Assembly: GCA_040399225.1 (NCBI GenBank)
Contig: JBBASN010000001.1
Coordinates: 1 to 55,041, forward strand
Direction: 5' to 3'
Length of the DNA: 55,041 bases
Source of the DNA: Prochlorococcaceae cyanobacterium
GTDB lineage: Bacteria; Cyanobacteriota; Cyanobacteriia; PCC-6307; Cyanobiaceae
Part shown: positions 1-9,858 of the stretch, in pieces
Position numbering within the stretch: the first letter of the stretch is position 1
Layout of the letters: each line of letters opens with the position of its first letter
Program-made: the position numbers and the translations under genes
Notes under the pieces: model-generated
Told to the model about the DNA's origin: nothing
The model's database searches: none
The model's input: only the letters and a program-made list of their open reading frames with translations

Positions 1-1
1 C

Positions 2-901
2 GGGGCGGTGTTCACCAACCTCACCCAGGACCACCTCGACTACCACCCCTCGATGGAGGCCTACTTCGAGGCCAAGGCCCTGCTGTTCGCCGAGCCCCTG
101 CTGGCGGCTGATGGGCCCAGGGCCGTCGTCAACGGCGATGACCCCTGGGGTGCCCGGCTGGTGGAGCGGCTGGGCAAGCGCTGCTGGCGCAGTTCCCTGG
201 AGGACTCCTCTTCGCAGCTGTACATCGACGGCCTGGCGATCGACCAGCACGGCGTGAGCGGCACCCTGCACAGCCCCGCAGGCAGTGGCGACTTCCGTTC
301 GCCCCTTGTGGGCCGCTTCAACCTGATGAACCTGCTGCAGGCGGTGGGGGCGCTGCTGCAGCAGGACCTGCCCCTGGAGCTGGTGCTGGCGGGCCTGGCC
401 GGTTTCCGCGGCGTGCCTGGCCGCATGGAGCGGGTGCTGGCTGGGGCCAACGACGATCTGCCGGCGGTGTTGGTGGACTATGCCCACACCCCCGATGGTC
501 TGGACAACGCCCTGCAGGCCTGCCGTCCGTTCACCAGGGGCCGTCTGATCTGCGTGTTCGGCTGCGGCGGCGACCGCGACCGCAGCAAGCGGCCCCAGAT
601 GGGGGCCATCGCCGCCCGCCTGGCGGACGCGGTGGTGGTGACCTCCGACAATCCCCGCACCGAGGACCCCCAGGGGATCCTCGACGATGTGCTGGCCGGG
701 ATTCCCGCCGGCACCGCCCTGCAGGTGGAGGCTGACCGGGCCTCGGCCATCGCCTCGGCCATCGCCGAGGCCGGCCCGGACGACCTGGTGCTGATCGCGG
801 GCAAGGGGCATGAGGACTACCAGATCCTCGGCACCACCAAGGTGCACTTCGACGACCGGGAGGAGGCAGAGATGGCCCTGCGCCGGCGGACTGCCGCCTG
901 A
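2..901 (+). CDS. murE: UDP-N-acetylmuramoyl-tripeptide synthetase (Mur ligase E), 5'-truncated by window edge
   Basis: [40 protein letters not shown] (mDAP-type DNPR) and AGKGHE motifs; frame is open from base 2. Confidence 0.97.
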   Translation, partial: GAVFTNLTQDHLDYHPSMEAYFEAKALLFAEPLLAADGPRAVVNGDDPWGARLVERLGKRCWRSSLEDSSSQLYIDGLAIDQHGVSGTLHSPAGSGDFRSPLVGRFNLMNLLQAVGALLQQDLPLELVLAGLAGFRGVPGRMERVLAGANDDLPAVLVDYAHTPDGLDNALQACRPFTRGRLICVFGCGGDRDRSKRPQMGAIAARLADAVVVTSDNPRTEDPQGILDDVLAGIPAGTALQVEADRASAIASAIAEAGPDDLVLIAGKGHEDYQILGTTKVHFDDREEAEMALRRRTAA

Positions 902-938
902 AGCACAGGGCCCATCAGCTCACCCGGGCCTGAGCGCG

Positions 939-1691
939 TCAGCCCCTGTTGACGGAGGCCACCGAGCTGCCCTGGCGGATGCGCATGTCGCTTTCCCGCA
1001 CCCAGCCGCCGCCAGCCACCTCCAGCCAGCCGTTGGTAGAGCGACCGGTGAGGGAGACCATCTGGCCGTTGTCGATCCGGCGGCGCACCAGGGAGTGCTG
1101 CTCGGCCAGCTCATGGATCTCGGCCTGGCCATGCTGGCCGTTGGCCGTGGCGATGAACGAATCAGCGGTACGACCACCCAGCGGTGGTTCGGGGTCGCCG
1201 TAACGGAGTTCGTCACCCCCCTGGCCCCGCAGGGCAGCCCAGCTCAGGCCGGCCAGGCCGATCGGCAGCAACAGCCACCAGGCATGGGAGCGGTTCACGG
1301 CCTGGGTTTCACTGGCGGCCGTGGCCATCGAGCGCGAGAAGTCCTGGCCGAAGTCGGTGCGGTCCGCACCTGCCTTGAGGGCATCGCCGAGGCCAACCAC
1401 GCCCTTGCTGGCGCTGAAGGGGCAGGTGAGCCGGGCCTTGTTGACGCCGTCCTTGCTGAGGTCGAGCACGATCTCGACACGGTCGGCATCGATGGCGCGG
1501 CGGGAGACCACGCTCGACGGATCGGCGCGCCAGCCTTCGCTGGTCGCCTTGCCCAGACAGGCGGTTTCCGCCTTCTGGAGCATCTCGGCCGGGGCGCTGG
1601 CCTGGGCGGTGCCGCCTGCGGCTAGCAGCACCACGCCGGTGGCGGCGGCCAGCAGCGGCCGACGCAGAGCCTGAGAGGTGACCGGGTTCAT
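939..1691 (-). CDS. Hypothetical secreted/membrane protein with C-terminal SH3b-like domain
   Basis: From MNPVTSQ: signal-peptide-like N-terminus (RRPLLAAATGVVLLAAGGTAQA), two-Cys domain, TM segment (WWLLLPIGLAGLSWAAL), C-terminal 'G..V.LTG..NGWLEV..GGWV' SH3b-like pattern. Confidence 0.7.
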   Translation of the reverse strand: MNPVTSQALRRPLLAAATGVVLLAAGGTAQASAPAEMLQKAETACLGKATSEGWRADPSSVVSRRAIDADRVEIVLDLSKDGVNKARLTCPFSASKGVVGLGDALKAGADRTDFGQDFSRSMATAASETQAVNRSHAWWLLLPIGLAGLSWAALRGQGGDELRYGDPEPPLGGRTADSFIATANGQHGQAEIHELAEQHSLVRRRIDNGQMVSLTGRSTNGWLEVAGGGWVRESDMRIRQGSSVASVNRG

Positions 1692-2070
1692 GATCAGGGG
1701 GTATGGGAATAGGCGTGGGTTGCGAGCGGTGAATCCTGCAGCGGCTTGAGGGCTGTTGTCGGTTCTGCCCATCGGGCCAGCTCCCTGTTTGGGATGGTCC
1801 ACCCACGGCTTCACCGTATACAGATCGGTTCGAATGACAACACAAAGTGAGGAATCTGCTTGTTTGCTTCGCCATTGCACGGACTGACCTCTGGGATGGC
1901 CTGGCCAACTGGGATGTCCTGGCCTGGAAACCACGAGACCTCAATGCTGTTGCCCCACCTCTTCTGCTGGATTGGTGGCGTTAATTGTGTAATCCTGCGG
2001 CACTCGTTGGTACGAGGTGGCCAAGCCTGGCGTCTGGCTGGCACACTTCACACGTTCCTGTCGATCGCCC

Positions 2071-2841
2071 ATGGCGTCCACTCCCTCCCTGTCCAAAAAA
2101 TTTCTCGCTGAACTATTCGGCACCTTCTGGCTGGTGCTCGGCGGTTGCGGCAGTGCCGTGCTCGCAGCTGCCTTCCCCTACAACGACGCTGCCGCCAACC
2201 CGTTCGGCCTCGGTTTCCTGGGGGTGTCGCTCGCCTTCGGCCTCACCGTGCTCACGATGGCCTACGCGATCGGCCATATCTCCGGCTGCCACATCAACCC
2301 TGCGGTGAGCTTCGGCCTCTGGGCCGGTGGTCGCTTCCCGGGGTCCCAGCTGCTGTCCTACGTGGTGGCCCAGGTGCTCGGCGCCATCATCGCCGGTGGT
2401 TTCATCTTCCTGGTGGCCAGTGGCCGTGAAGGTTTTGCCCTCACCGGCAGCAACCCCCTGGCCACCAACGGCTTTCTGGCCCACTCGCCGGGGGGCTATG
2501 GCTTCTTCTCAGCCCTGCTGATCGAGGTGGTGCTCACCTTCTTCTTCCTGATCGTGATCATGGGCGCAACCGACCGTCTGGCTCCCTCCGGCTTTGCCGG
2601 CGTGCCCATCGGCCTGGCTCTCACCCTGATCCACCTGATCAGCATCCCCATCACCAACACCTCGGTGAACCCCGCCCGCAGCACCGGTGTGGCCGTGTGG
2701 GCCGGTGCGGAAGCCATGGGCCAGCTCTGGCTGTTCTGGGTGGCTCCGATCGCCGGCGCCCTGCTGGCTGGCTGGGTGTACCGCAACCTGCTCACCCATG
2801 AGCCTGCGGTGAACGGCGTGATCCCCTCGGATCCGATCTGA
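2071..2841 (+). CDS. aqpZ: Aquaporin Z (MIP family)
   Basis: [25 protein letters not shown] and NTSVNPARS (two NPA boxes). Confidence 0.97.
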   Translation: MASTPSLSKKFLAELFGTFWLVLGGCGSAVLAAAFPYNDAAANPFGLGFLGVSLAFGLTVLTMAYAIGHISGCHINPAVSFGLWAGGRFPGSQLLSYVVAQVLGAIIAGGFIFLVASGREGFALTGSNPLATNGFLAHSPGGYGFFSALLIEVVLTFFFLIVIMGATDRLAPSGFAGVPIGLALTLIHLISIPITNTSVNPARSTGVAVWAGAEAMGQLWLFWVAPIAGALLAGWVYRNLLTHEPAVNGVIPSDPI

Positions 2842-2877
2842 GCTCTTGCCGCTCCGCCGCGGCACCGCTGTGCTCTG

Positions 2878-2906
2878 CCCGGGGAGTCGGCTCCCCGGGT
2901 TTTTTT
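2878..2906 (+). terminator. Rho-independent terminator after aqpZ
   Basis: CCCGGGGAG-tcgg-CTCCCCGGG perfect 9-bp stem followed by a T run. Confidence 0.9.
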
Positions 2907-2910
2907 GTGC

Positions 2911-4119
2911 TCAGCCGCGTTGCAGCCCCCGCAGGGCCTGCAGCAACCGCTCCAGGTCTGCTGCTGTGGTGGTGATGTGGGTGCAGGCGCGCAGGCAGGC
3001 TGGCTCGGGGAGCGAGCGCAGCCAGATGGCTTGCTCTCCGAGGGTGTCCACGATCGCCTCGGGCTTGATTGCCCTGCCAGCGGCGTCAGTGAGGGTGAAG
3101 CTCACCAGCCCTGCCGGAGGGGGCTCCTGCAGCAGAGGTTCCACGCCCGGCACCTGCTGGAGTTCCTGCCAGAGCCGGTTGGCTGTGCTGCGGAGGCTCT
3201 CCAGACGCTGCTCCGCCGATCCTTCCGCCTCCAGCAGCTGCAGGGAGCAGTCCAGGCCGGCGAACAGGGGAATGCAGGAGGTGGCCACCTCAAAGCGCCG
3301 CCCGTCGCTGTGGAAGGGGGAGCCTCCAGGGGCGGCCTCGGGCCCGCTGACCTGCTCCGACAGCAGACTGCGCCAGCCGATCAGGGTGGGCTGGGATTGC
3401 GCCAGCAACCGCTCCGACAACGCCACCACCCCCAGGCCCTCAGGGCCACAGCACCACTTGTGGCCGGTGCAGGCGTAGATGTCGGCGGCACCGGCGGCGG
3501 CGGCAACGGGCACTGAACCCAGACTCTGGGCGCCATCCACCAGCAGCCAGGGCCGACTGGGGTGTGAGCTGAGCCGCTCGGCCACCCGTGCCATCGGCAG
3601 CAACTGCCCGGTGTTCCACAGCAGGTGGGAGAGCACCACCAGTCGGGTCCGGGGGGACAGGGCCTGCTCCAGCCGCTCCAGCAGCACCCTTTCCGTGTGC
3701 TCAGGGCTACCGCGCAGGTCGCTCACCCTGAACTGCCCCACCTCCAGACCATGACGCCGTGCCAGCTCCTGGCAGGCGGCCACCACACCGGGATGCTCGC
3801 AGTCACTGAGCAGCAGGGCTTCGCCCTGCTGCCAGGGCAGGCCCCACAGGGGCAGCACGCAGCCGGAGGTGACGTTCTCGGTGAAAGCCAGCCGTGCGGG
3901 GGCCACCCCCAGCCAATGGCCGAGTCGTTCCCGCAGGTGTGTGCTGGTGGCGTTCACCAGGGGCCACACCGCTGTGGTGAACGGTCCCAGCTCCTGAATG
4001 CTCTGCCAGCAGCTGAGGATTGCCTGCAGGGAAGGGTCCGGCAGGGGACCCTGGCCGCCGTAGTTGAAGTAGGTCTTGTTGGCCAGGGCGGGCATCACCG
4101 CCCGGAGTTGCTCGCCCAT
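2911..4119 (-). CDS. Class V PLP-dependent aminotransferase (L-cysteine/cystine lyase C-DES-like)
   Basis: KTYFNYGGQGP, SDCEHPG, SHLLWNTG, DGAQS, TGHKW (PLP Lys). Confidence 0.9.
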   Translation of the reverse strand: MGEQLRAVMPALANKTYFNYGGQGPLPDPSLQAILSCWQSIQELGPFTTAVWPLVNATSTHLRERLGHWLGVAPARLAFTENVTSGCVLPLWGLPWQQGEALLLSDCEHPGVVAACQELARRHGLEVGQFRVSDLRGSPEHTERVLLERLEQALSPRTRLVVLSHLLWNTGQLLPMARVAERLSSHPSRPWLLVDGAQSLGSVPVAAAAGAADIYACTGHKWCCGPEGLGVVALSERLLAQSQPTLIGWRSLLSEQVSGPEAAPGGSPFHSDGRRFEVATSCIPLFAGLDCSLQLLEAEGSAEQRLESLRSTANRLWQELQQVPGVEPLLQEPPPAGLVSFTLTDAAGRAIKPEAIVDTLGEQAIWLRSLPEPACLRACTHITTTAADLERLLQALRGLQRG

Positions 4120-4220
4120 CCCCACCTCTGGTGATTTCCGCGATGTGATCTGGCTTGGGGCAGCAGCAGCTACCCCAAGCCGGCTGTTCTTACCTCTCTG
4201 TCCTGTCCGGGACCGGCCGC

Positions 4221-5216
4221 TCAGATTGATCCGAAGGCCACCTGGCAGGCCGTGTTCACCAGTTCGGCCTCGGCCAGGGAGGTGGGAACCTCGCCATTGA
4301 GCAGGCCGTCCTCGCAATCGGCCTCCATCTCATAGGTGTAGTTGCCATTGGCAGCCACGAAGGTGACCTCGCTCTGATTTCTGGCTTCCACTGATCCGTA
4401 GTACAGCTTCATTGAGCTGTTGGGAACCACAACGGTGGTCTGGCGTTCACGGATTGCATTGTTCACGGCGTTGTTCACGATCAGGGCCGTGGTGAGAGCG
4501 TTGATGCCCCAGCCCAGGGCCTGGCCACCCCACCAGCTCCAGTTGGAAGATCCAGAGTTGTACCAACCGCCGCCCCAGGGACGGTTGTACCCCCAGTTGG
4601 AGCTTTGAGCCCAGCCTGGATAGCCACCCCAGGGCCGGTTGTATTGAACGGGTGTAATCCAGATGTTGCGGCGGGATTTGTTGTACTGCTTCCATTGGTT
4701 GCTGTTCCAGGAGTTCCACTCCTGGCGTTGAGCCTGGCGATAGCCCTTGTCCTTGCCTTTCTGTTTGCCCTTGGCATAGCCCTTGTCATAGCCCTTGTCC
4801 TTGCCCTTCTGTTTGTCGGCGTCATAGCCTTTGTCATAGCCCTTCTCGCGGCCCTTATTCAGGCCATCCTGGCGACCTTCTTGGTAGATCTTCTCGCGTT
4901 GCTTGTCGGTGACACTGTTCTTATTTTGCTGTTTATCCTTGCTTGTGCTGTCAGTATACTTTTTCTTCTGGGGCTGGGACTGTTGATGGTGTTGTTGGCT
5001 AGCTGGCTGGCCTTGCTTTTGTTTCTTTTTTTTCTTCTTGTCGTTGCTGTCGCTTTCCGCCAACAACAGCTGTCCTTCAGGGGAGACCATCGCAGTGGCC
5101 TGCCCCTGCTGGATGCCAGGCAGGGCCGCCAGCGCTGGCAGGGTGCTGGTGCTGGTGAGCAGCAGGGTGGCCGCCAAGGCGCCCAGGGATTGTCCGCTCG
5201 CTTGGAACCTTGCCAT
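4221..5216 (-). CDS. Hypothetical secreted protein with Lys-rich, KGYD-repeat and W/N/G-rich regions and a C-terminal Cys-pair domain
   Basis: 331-aa ORF with signal-peptide-like start, low-complexity middle and a globular-looking C-terminus (..EADC..GLLNG..AELVNTACQVAFG). Confidence 0.8.
   Translation of the reverse strand: MARFQASGQSLGALAATLLLTSTSTLPALAALPGIQQGQATAMVSPEGQLLLAESDSNDKKKKKKQKQGQPASQQHHQQSQPQKKKYTDSTSKDKQQNKNSVTDKQREKIYQEGRQDGLNKGREKGYDKGYDADKQKGKDKGYDKGYAKGKQKGKDKGYRQAQRQEWNSWNSNQWKQYNKSRRNIWITPVQYNRPWGGYPGWAQSSNWGYNRPWGGGWYNSGSSNWSWWGGQALGWGINALTTALIVNNAVNNAIRERQTTVVVPNSSMKLYYGSVEARNQSEVTFVAANGNYTYEMEADCEDGLLNGEVPTSLAEAELVNTACQVAFGSI
4741..4844. repeat. Coding tandem repeat: 12-bp units nested in a duplicated 48-bp unit
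   Basis: 4741-4788 and 4789-4836 are near copies (tagcccttgtccttgcc..ctgtttg..catagcc.ttgtca); they encode KGYD/KGKD/KGKQ. Confidence 0.9.
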
Positions 5217-5312
5217 GTCTTGGAGTTAAGAGGCCAGTCGGGCCAAATCTGTTTCAGGTTAAGGGGGCTGGAAACGGCGGGAAACCGTCCCTTCCCATCC
5301 TGTTGCAGTGCC

Positions 5313-5513
5313 TCAGAGCAGCTGGCCGGCCATCACGGCCGCCACAGCTGAGAACAGGGTGATGCCCAGGGCGGTGAGGGGGTTCTGCCCTTGGGCCACG
5401 GCCAGGCTGGTGACCACGCCCGCACCGATGCAGGCTACGGCCAGCTGGTTCACCAGGTCGCCATGGTCGCGGGGGCTGGGGCTTGGGGTCACGGTGGGGC
5501 TTGCAATTGACAA
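5313..5513 (-). CDS. Small two-TM hypothetical membrane protein
   Basis: 66 aa from a TTG start; two hydrophobic helices separated by AQGQNP. Confidence 0.65.
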   Translation of the reverse strand: MSIASPTVTPSPSPRDHGDLVNQLAVACIGAGVVTSLAVAQGQNPLTALGITLFSAVAAVMAGQLL

Positions 5514-5562
5514 GGACCGTAGGGGTGGTTGGCGAAGGGGCCACCACCCGGGATCTCCCTTG

Positions 5563-7071
5563 TTACGCCCCGTCGGAGTTCGTCATACCCCGCAATCTCG
5601 AGGCCGGTCGGGCCCGGCCGCCCCGGGCCCAGGCCTGCAACTGCTCCAGCTGCTCCCGGGCGGTGCGCGAGAGCGGCACCACCTGGCTGGCGGCGGCCAC
5701 CAGGTCGGCTTCGCTGAAGTCGCGATCCTCGGCGAAGGCCAGGTGCATCGCCTCGATCACCGTCTGCTCCAGTTCGGCGCCGGAGAAACCCGCGGTGCGA
5801 TCCACCAGCACATCCAGGGGGAGCTGGTGTTCGGGCCGCCGCCGGCGGAGCTGCAGGTCGAGGATGGCGCGGCGCTCGTCGCCGCTGGGCAGGTCGAGCA
5901 GGAAGATCTCGTCGAAGCGGCCCTTGCGCAGCAACTCGCCCGGCAGCCGTTCCACCGCGTTGGCCGTGGCCACCACGAACACCGCGCTGGTCTTCTCCGC
6001 CATCCAGGTGAGCACCGTGCCCAGCACTCGCTGGCTGGTGCCGCCGTCACTGCGGGAATCACCGCCAAAGCCCTTGTCGATCTCGTCGATCCAGAGCACA
6101 CAGGGGGCCATCGCTTCGGCCCGCTGGATCATCTCGCGCGTGCGCGCCTCGGAAGCCCCAACCAGACCGGCGAACAGCCGGCCCACGTCCAGACGCAGCA
6201 GCGGCATGCCCCAGCTGTGGGCGATCGCCTTGGCGGTGAGGGACTTGCCCGTGCCCTGGGGGCCCACCAGCAGCACCCCCCTGGGCAACGGCAGCCCGTA
6301 GCGGCGGGCTTCCTCGCTGAAGGCCAGGCGCCGCTGTTCCAGCCAGTGCTTGAGGGCGTCCAGACCGCCGATGTCCGCGGGGGTGGCCTCCGTGGGGCAG
6401 TACTCCAGCAGCTCGGTCTTGGCGATGGCCTGGCGCTTCTCCTCGAGCACCTCGGCCAGGTCGTCTGCGCTCAGCCTGCCGCGACGGGCCAGGGCGCGGG
6501 CGGCCAGCTGGCGCACCCGCTGGGCGCTGAGGCCATGGCAGGCGTCGCTGAGCTGGTCGAGCACGGCGGGTTCCAGGGGCTCGCCGCAGGCCTGGGCGAT
6601 CGAACGGAGCAACGCGCTGATCTCAAGGGCATCGGGCAGGGGCAGTTCCAGCACGGTGATGCTGTCGTCCAGCTCCGCGGGCAACTGCCAGTTGGGGGCG
6701 GTGATCACCAGGGTGCGGGCGCTCTGGCGCAGGGTGCCGGCCAGATTGCGCAGGCGCCGGCAGACGCCGGCGTCCTCGCAGTAGCGGTGAAAGTCACGCA
6801 GCAGCAGGATGGCTTCCTGCCCCGTCGGCAGGGGGTCGAGGGCGGCCAGGGCCGCCATCGGGTTGCGGGCCGCTTCCCCCTCACGGTTGGGGGCACCGCG
6901 CAGGCCGTCCACGAAATCCCAGCGCAGCAGGGGGCGGTTGCCCAGCCGCTGGGCAGCCTGCTCCAGCAAGCTCTCCACCCGCTCCTCCTCGAGGCTGCGG
7001 ATCCAGAGAATCGGCGTGCGCGATCGGATGAGCAGATCGAGCTGATCGGCCCAGTCGCCGGCGGCGCTCAT
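5563..7071 (-). CDS. ycf46: Ycf46-family AAA+ ATPase
   Basis: Walker A GPQGTGKS, Walker B LWIDEIDK, LLRKGRFDEIF, C-terminal W..GRARPAS. Confidence 0.9.
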   Translation of the reverse strand: MSAAGDWADQLDLLIRSRTPILWIRSLEEERVESLLEQAAQRLGNRPLLRWDFVDGLRGAPNREGEAARNPMAALAALDPLPTGQEAILLLRDFHRYCEDAGVCRRLRNLAGTLRQSARTLVITAPNWQLPAELDDSITVLELPLPDALEISALLRSIAQACGEPLEPAVLDQLSDACHGLSAQRVRQLAARALARRGRLSADDLAEVLEEKRQAIAKTELLEYCPTEATPADIGGLDALKHWLEQRRLAFSEEARRYGLPLPRGVLLVGPQGTGKSLTAKAIAHSWGMPLLRLDVGRLFAGLVGASEARTREMIQRAEAMAPCVLWIDEIDKGFGGDSRSDGGTSQRVLGTVLTWMAEKTSAVFVVATANAVERLPGELLRKGRFDEIFLLDLPSGDERRAILDLQLRRRRPEHQLPLDVLVDRTAGFSGAELEQTVIEAMHLAFAEDRDFSEADLVAAASQVVPLSRTAREQLEQLQAWARGGRARPASRLRGMTNSDGA

Positions 7072-7601
7072 CGGGCTTCGGGATCCCCGTGCTGCAGGGC
7101 CTGCAGGGCGGCCCAGCGCGGATCGATGCCGCTGGTGGCGCTACCCCAGCTGGCCGGTCCCGGGCAGTCCGGGCCGCAGCGGTTCACCGCCGGCAGCTGC
7201 AGGCTGAGCTGCTCGAAGGTCCAGTGGGCTGGATCGAAGCTGCCCCGGGGATCGAGGCTTTCGCTGAGGGCGTCGGGATCGAGATCGAGCACCGACTCGC
7301 CCTGCTCGATCAGGCTGGTTTCCAGGCCCTGCTGACGGGCCTCCTCCCCTAGCCAGAGCAGCTCATGGCTCTGAAAGCTGAGGGGGTGGTTGAAGTGCTG
7401 CAGACAGCGATCGCAGCAGAGGGTCACGATCGTGTTGGCCTCCCCTTGCACCTCCAGCAGGTTGCCGCGGTGGATGGCCTGCACGTGGCCGCGCATCGGC
7501 GTGAGGCTGGCGAGTTCAGGGAGGGGCTGGTCGAGCTCCCAGCGGCGGCCTTCAGCCAGGCCGCTGAGCTCCTGGATGGCAACCGGCCGCAGGTCGTTCA
7601 C
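7068..7601 (-). CDS. YceD/DUF177 metal-binding protein
   Basis: CDRCL and C.PDC.G motifs, C-terminal IDPRWAAL. Confidence 0.9.
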   Translation of the reverse strand: MNDLRPVAIQELSGLAEGRRWELDQPLPELASLTPMRGHVQAIHRGNLLEVQGEANTIVTLCCDRCLQHFNHPLSFQSHELLWLGEEARQQGLETSLIEQGESVLDLDPDALSESLDPRGSFDPAHWTFEQLSLQLPAVNRCGPDCPGPASWGSATSGIDPRWAALQALQHGDPEAR

Positions 7602-8731
7602 TTCTTTCCCTTCGGTTCAAAGGGCAGGCGCTCCCCGCCGCCATTGGCCGTGACGGTCACCGCCTGCTGGGCCATTTGCTGGTCGAGGATCTTCTGAAGG
7701 TTGTCGGGCAGGGCCTCGCGGCTGAGCAGGAAGGTCTGCAGTGCCTGGAAGATGTTGGCCACCACCATGTAGAGCAAAACCCCGGCGGGCAGGGGGAAGA
7801 ACAGGAACATCGCCGTGATCATCACCGGCGTGATCTTGTTGGCGGTGGACTGCTGGGGGTTGGCCGGCATGCCCATCCCCGAGAGGATCTGGGAGATGAA
7901 CAGGCTGGCGCCGAAGGCCGCCACCAGCACTGCGATGTCCCAGTTCACGCCTGCGTCGCCCATGAAGCCCACCTGACCGAGGGCCTGGATGAACAGGAAG
8001 CCGGTGCGGGCGGCCAGGCCGGGCACCTTGGCCTCCACCGTGGCGTCGCCCGGGGCCAGGGCTGTGATGGTGCCGTTCGGGTCCACGCTCACCACCCCGT
8101 CGCCTTTGGTGACGCTCCAGCTGGGGGCGAAGCGACTGCCGTTCTCGGCCTCAGTGAGCACGCTGGAGAAGCTGGTGCCCTCCTTGGTGTGCAGGTTCAC
8201 CGTGGTGGTGTCGCCGACGCCCAGCTTGGTGCCCTTCTCCAGGGTGCCGATCACCGGCACGTGGTTGCTGCTGCTCAGGAAGATCGAATGGCTGGGGCTG
8301 TTGAAGGGTTTGGGCTCGACAGCCGCGATCTGGTCCGCGGGCAGCACCTTCACGTTGAAGGTGTAGGGCACGTCGGCAAAGGGTGAGCCGCGCAGGGTGG
8401 CGAACAGGGCGAACAGAATCGGCATCTGCACCAGCAGGGGCAGACAGCCGGCCAGCGGGCTGCCGAATTCCTTCATCAGCTTGCCCAGTTCCTCCTGTTG
8501 CTTCTGGGGGTTGTTGGCGTGCTTGCTGCGGATCTCGGCCTGGCGTTGCTGCATCACCGGCTGGGCGATGCGCATGCGGCGGGCATTGCGGATCGAGCCG
8601 GCGCTGAGGGGGAAGAGCGCCAGTCGGATCACCACCGTGAGGGCGATTATCGCCAGGCCATAGCTGGGCACCAATCCGTAGAAGAAATCGAGGATCGGAA
8701 TCAGCAGGTTGTCGGAGATGTAGCCGATCAC
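7598..8731 (-). CDS. yidC: Membrane protein insertase YidC (cyanobacterial type)
   Basis: [27 protein letters not shown]; lies downstream of rpmH-rnpA. Confidence 0.97.
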   Translation of the reverse strand: MIGYISDNLLIPILDFFYGLVPSYGLAIIALTVVIRLALFPLSAGSIRNARRMRIAQPVMQQRQAEIRSKHANNPQKQQEELGKLMKEFGSPLAGCLPLLVQMPILFALFATLRGSPFADVPYTFNVKVLPADQIAAVEPKPFNSPSHSIFLSSSNHVPVIGTLEKGTKLGVGDTTTVNLHTKEGTSFSSVLTEAENGSRFAPSWSVTKGDGVVSVDPNGTITALAPGDATVEAKVPGLAARTGFLFIQALGQVGFMGDAGVNWDIAVLVAAFGASLFISQILSGMGMPANPQQSTANKITPVMITAMFLFFPLPAGVLLYMVVANIFQALQTFLLSREALPDNLQKILDQQMAQQAVTVTANGGGERLPFEPKGKK

Positions 8732-8805
8732 GGCGCAGGGGGTGCTGGGGTGAAGGGGTCAGCGTGGCTCAGTGTGCCTGAGCGGGGGGTGGGTTGAGGG
8801 CGACC

Positions 8806-9228
8806 TCAGGCAGCGATCCCCTTGGCTTTGGCGGGTTGGCCGGCCTGGCGACGCTCTTCGATGTAGGTCTCGAGTTCGCGGAAGCGGGGCACCGAGCGCA
8901 TCTCCAGCTTGGCGCCGTCGTTGAGCACCAGCACCATGTCGCCCCAGGCGCCGAAGCCGCGGGGCACGCTGCGCACCTCGCGAATCTGGCTGTACACCAC
9001 CTGGCTGCGATCGCGCCCCAGCCAGCCGCCGTTCACTTCAATCCGGCGGCTGGTGATGCGGAAGCGCAACCACAGGGCGCGCACGATCGCCCCCACGGCG
9101 AAGGGGATGCCGATCAAGGTGAGGCCGAACAGCAGGTTGAGCAGCAGGTCGCCCCGGGCGGGTCCCCCCTCGTAGAACACGGATTCCTGGATCTGGGCGC
9201 CGGGGGAAACGGGGGAGGACTTGCTCAT
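8806..9228 (-). CDS. Bacterial PH-domain membrane protein
   Basis: FYEGGPARGDL, one TM, RFRITSRRI; typical position between rnpA and yidC. Confidence 0.88.
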   Translation of the reverse strand: MSKSSPVSPGAQIQESVFYEGGPARGDLLLNLLFGLTLIGIPFAVGAIVRALWLRFRITSRRIEVNGGWLGRDRSQVVYSQIREVRSVPRGFGAWGDMVLVLNDGAKLEMRSVPRFRELETYIEERRQAGQPAKAKGIAA

Positions 9229-9608
9229 CGACTCAGGCCTGCGCGCAGCAGAAGCTGATCGCATTCTCCCAGCAGGCTGGCTGGATCGCGCTCGGCGCTG
9301 CCAGGCTTGCAGCTCAGCAGCAGCCACACCGGCCCTTCTGGGCGGCCGATCGACAGCTGCTGCAGATGGGCATGCAGCAGGCGCCGCAGGCGGTTGCGCC
9401 GCACGGCCCGCTTGTGCACCTTGCTGCTCACCACCACCCCGCAGCGCCAGGGGGTGGGGCTGCGGCGGCGCTGGTCCGGGGGCAGCAGCTGGGGGTCGGC
9501 AGGGAGCCAGCGCAGCATCAAAAAAGGGCCGTGGCTGGCACGACCCCTGCGATAGAGCTGATCGAAAATCCGCTGGCCCTTGAGGCGATGCCGCTGGGGC
9601 AGGGCCAT
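9225..9608 (-). CDS. rnpA: Ribonuclease P protein component
   Basis: LP..HRLK, SKVHKRAVRRNRLRR (RNR motif). Confidence 0.96.
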   Translation of the reverse strand: MALPQRHRLKGQRIFDQLYRRGRASHGPFLMLRWLPADPQLLPPDQRRRSPTPWRCGVVVSSKVHKRAVRRNRLRRLLHAHLQQLSIGRPEGPVWLLLSCKPGSAERDPASLLGECDQLLLRAGLSR

Positions 9609-9620
9609 GGGGACAGAATT

Positions 9621-9758
9621 TCAGACGGCCAGCCGGGAGCGGCCCCGGCGGCGGCGGGCACGGATCACGCGCCTGCCGGTGTGGGTGCGCATGCGGACGC
9701 GAAAACCGGAGACCCGCTTGCGCTTGCGGCTGGTTCCTTCAAGAGTGCGCTTGGTCAT
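9621..9758 (-). CDS. rpmH: 50S ribosomal protein L34 (not in ORF track; 45 aa)
   Basis: Manual translation [45 protein letters not shown]. Confidence 0.98.
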   Translation of the reverse strand: MTKRTLEGTSRKRKRVSGFRVRMRTHTGRRVIRARRRRGRSRLAV

Positions 9759-9858
9759 GGCCGGATGCTCGCTCCCCTCTGCTCGTCAGGATTGGACTGA
9801 GAAACCAACTTATCAGGCAACGGGGAGGCATGGCAGCGCCGGGTCGCAACGCTGGGGT

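Noticed and set aside
5021-5040. T8 tract as a phase-variation switch
   Set aside because: Explained by Lys codons, frame is intact, and the tract is short
5308-7335. 675-aa plus-strand ORF, and similar ones at 14190-16187, 18517-20964, 23858-26212 and 38401-40488
   Set aside because: Each lies antisense to well-supported genes, has no recognisable motifs and shows typical shadow composition
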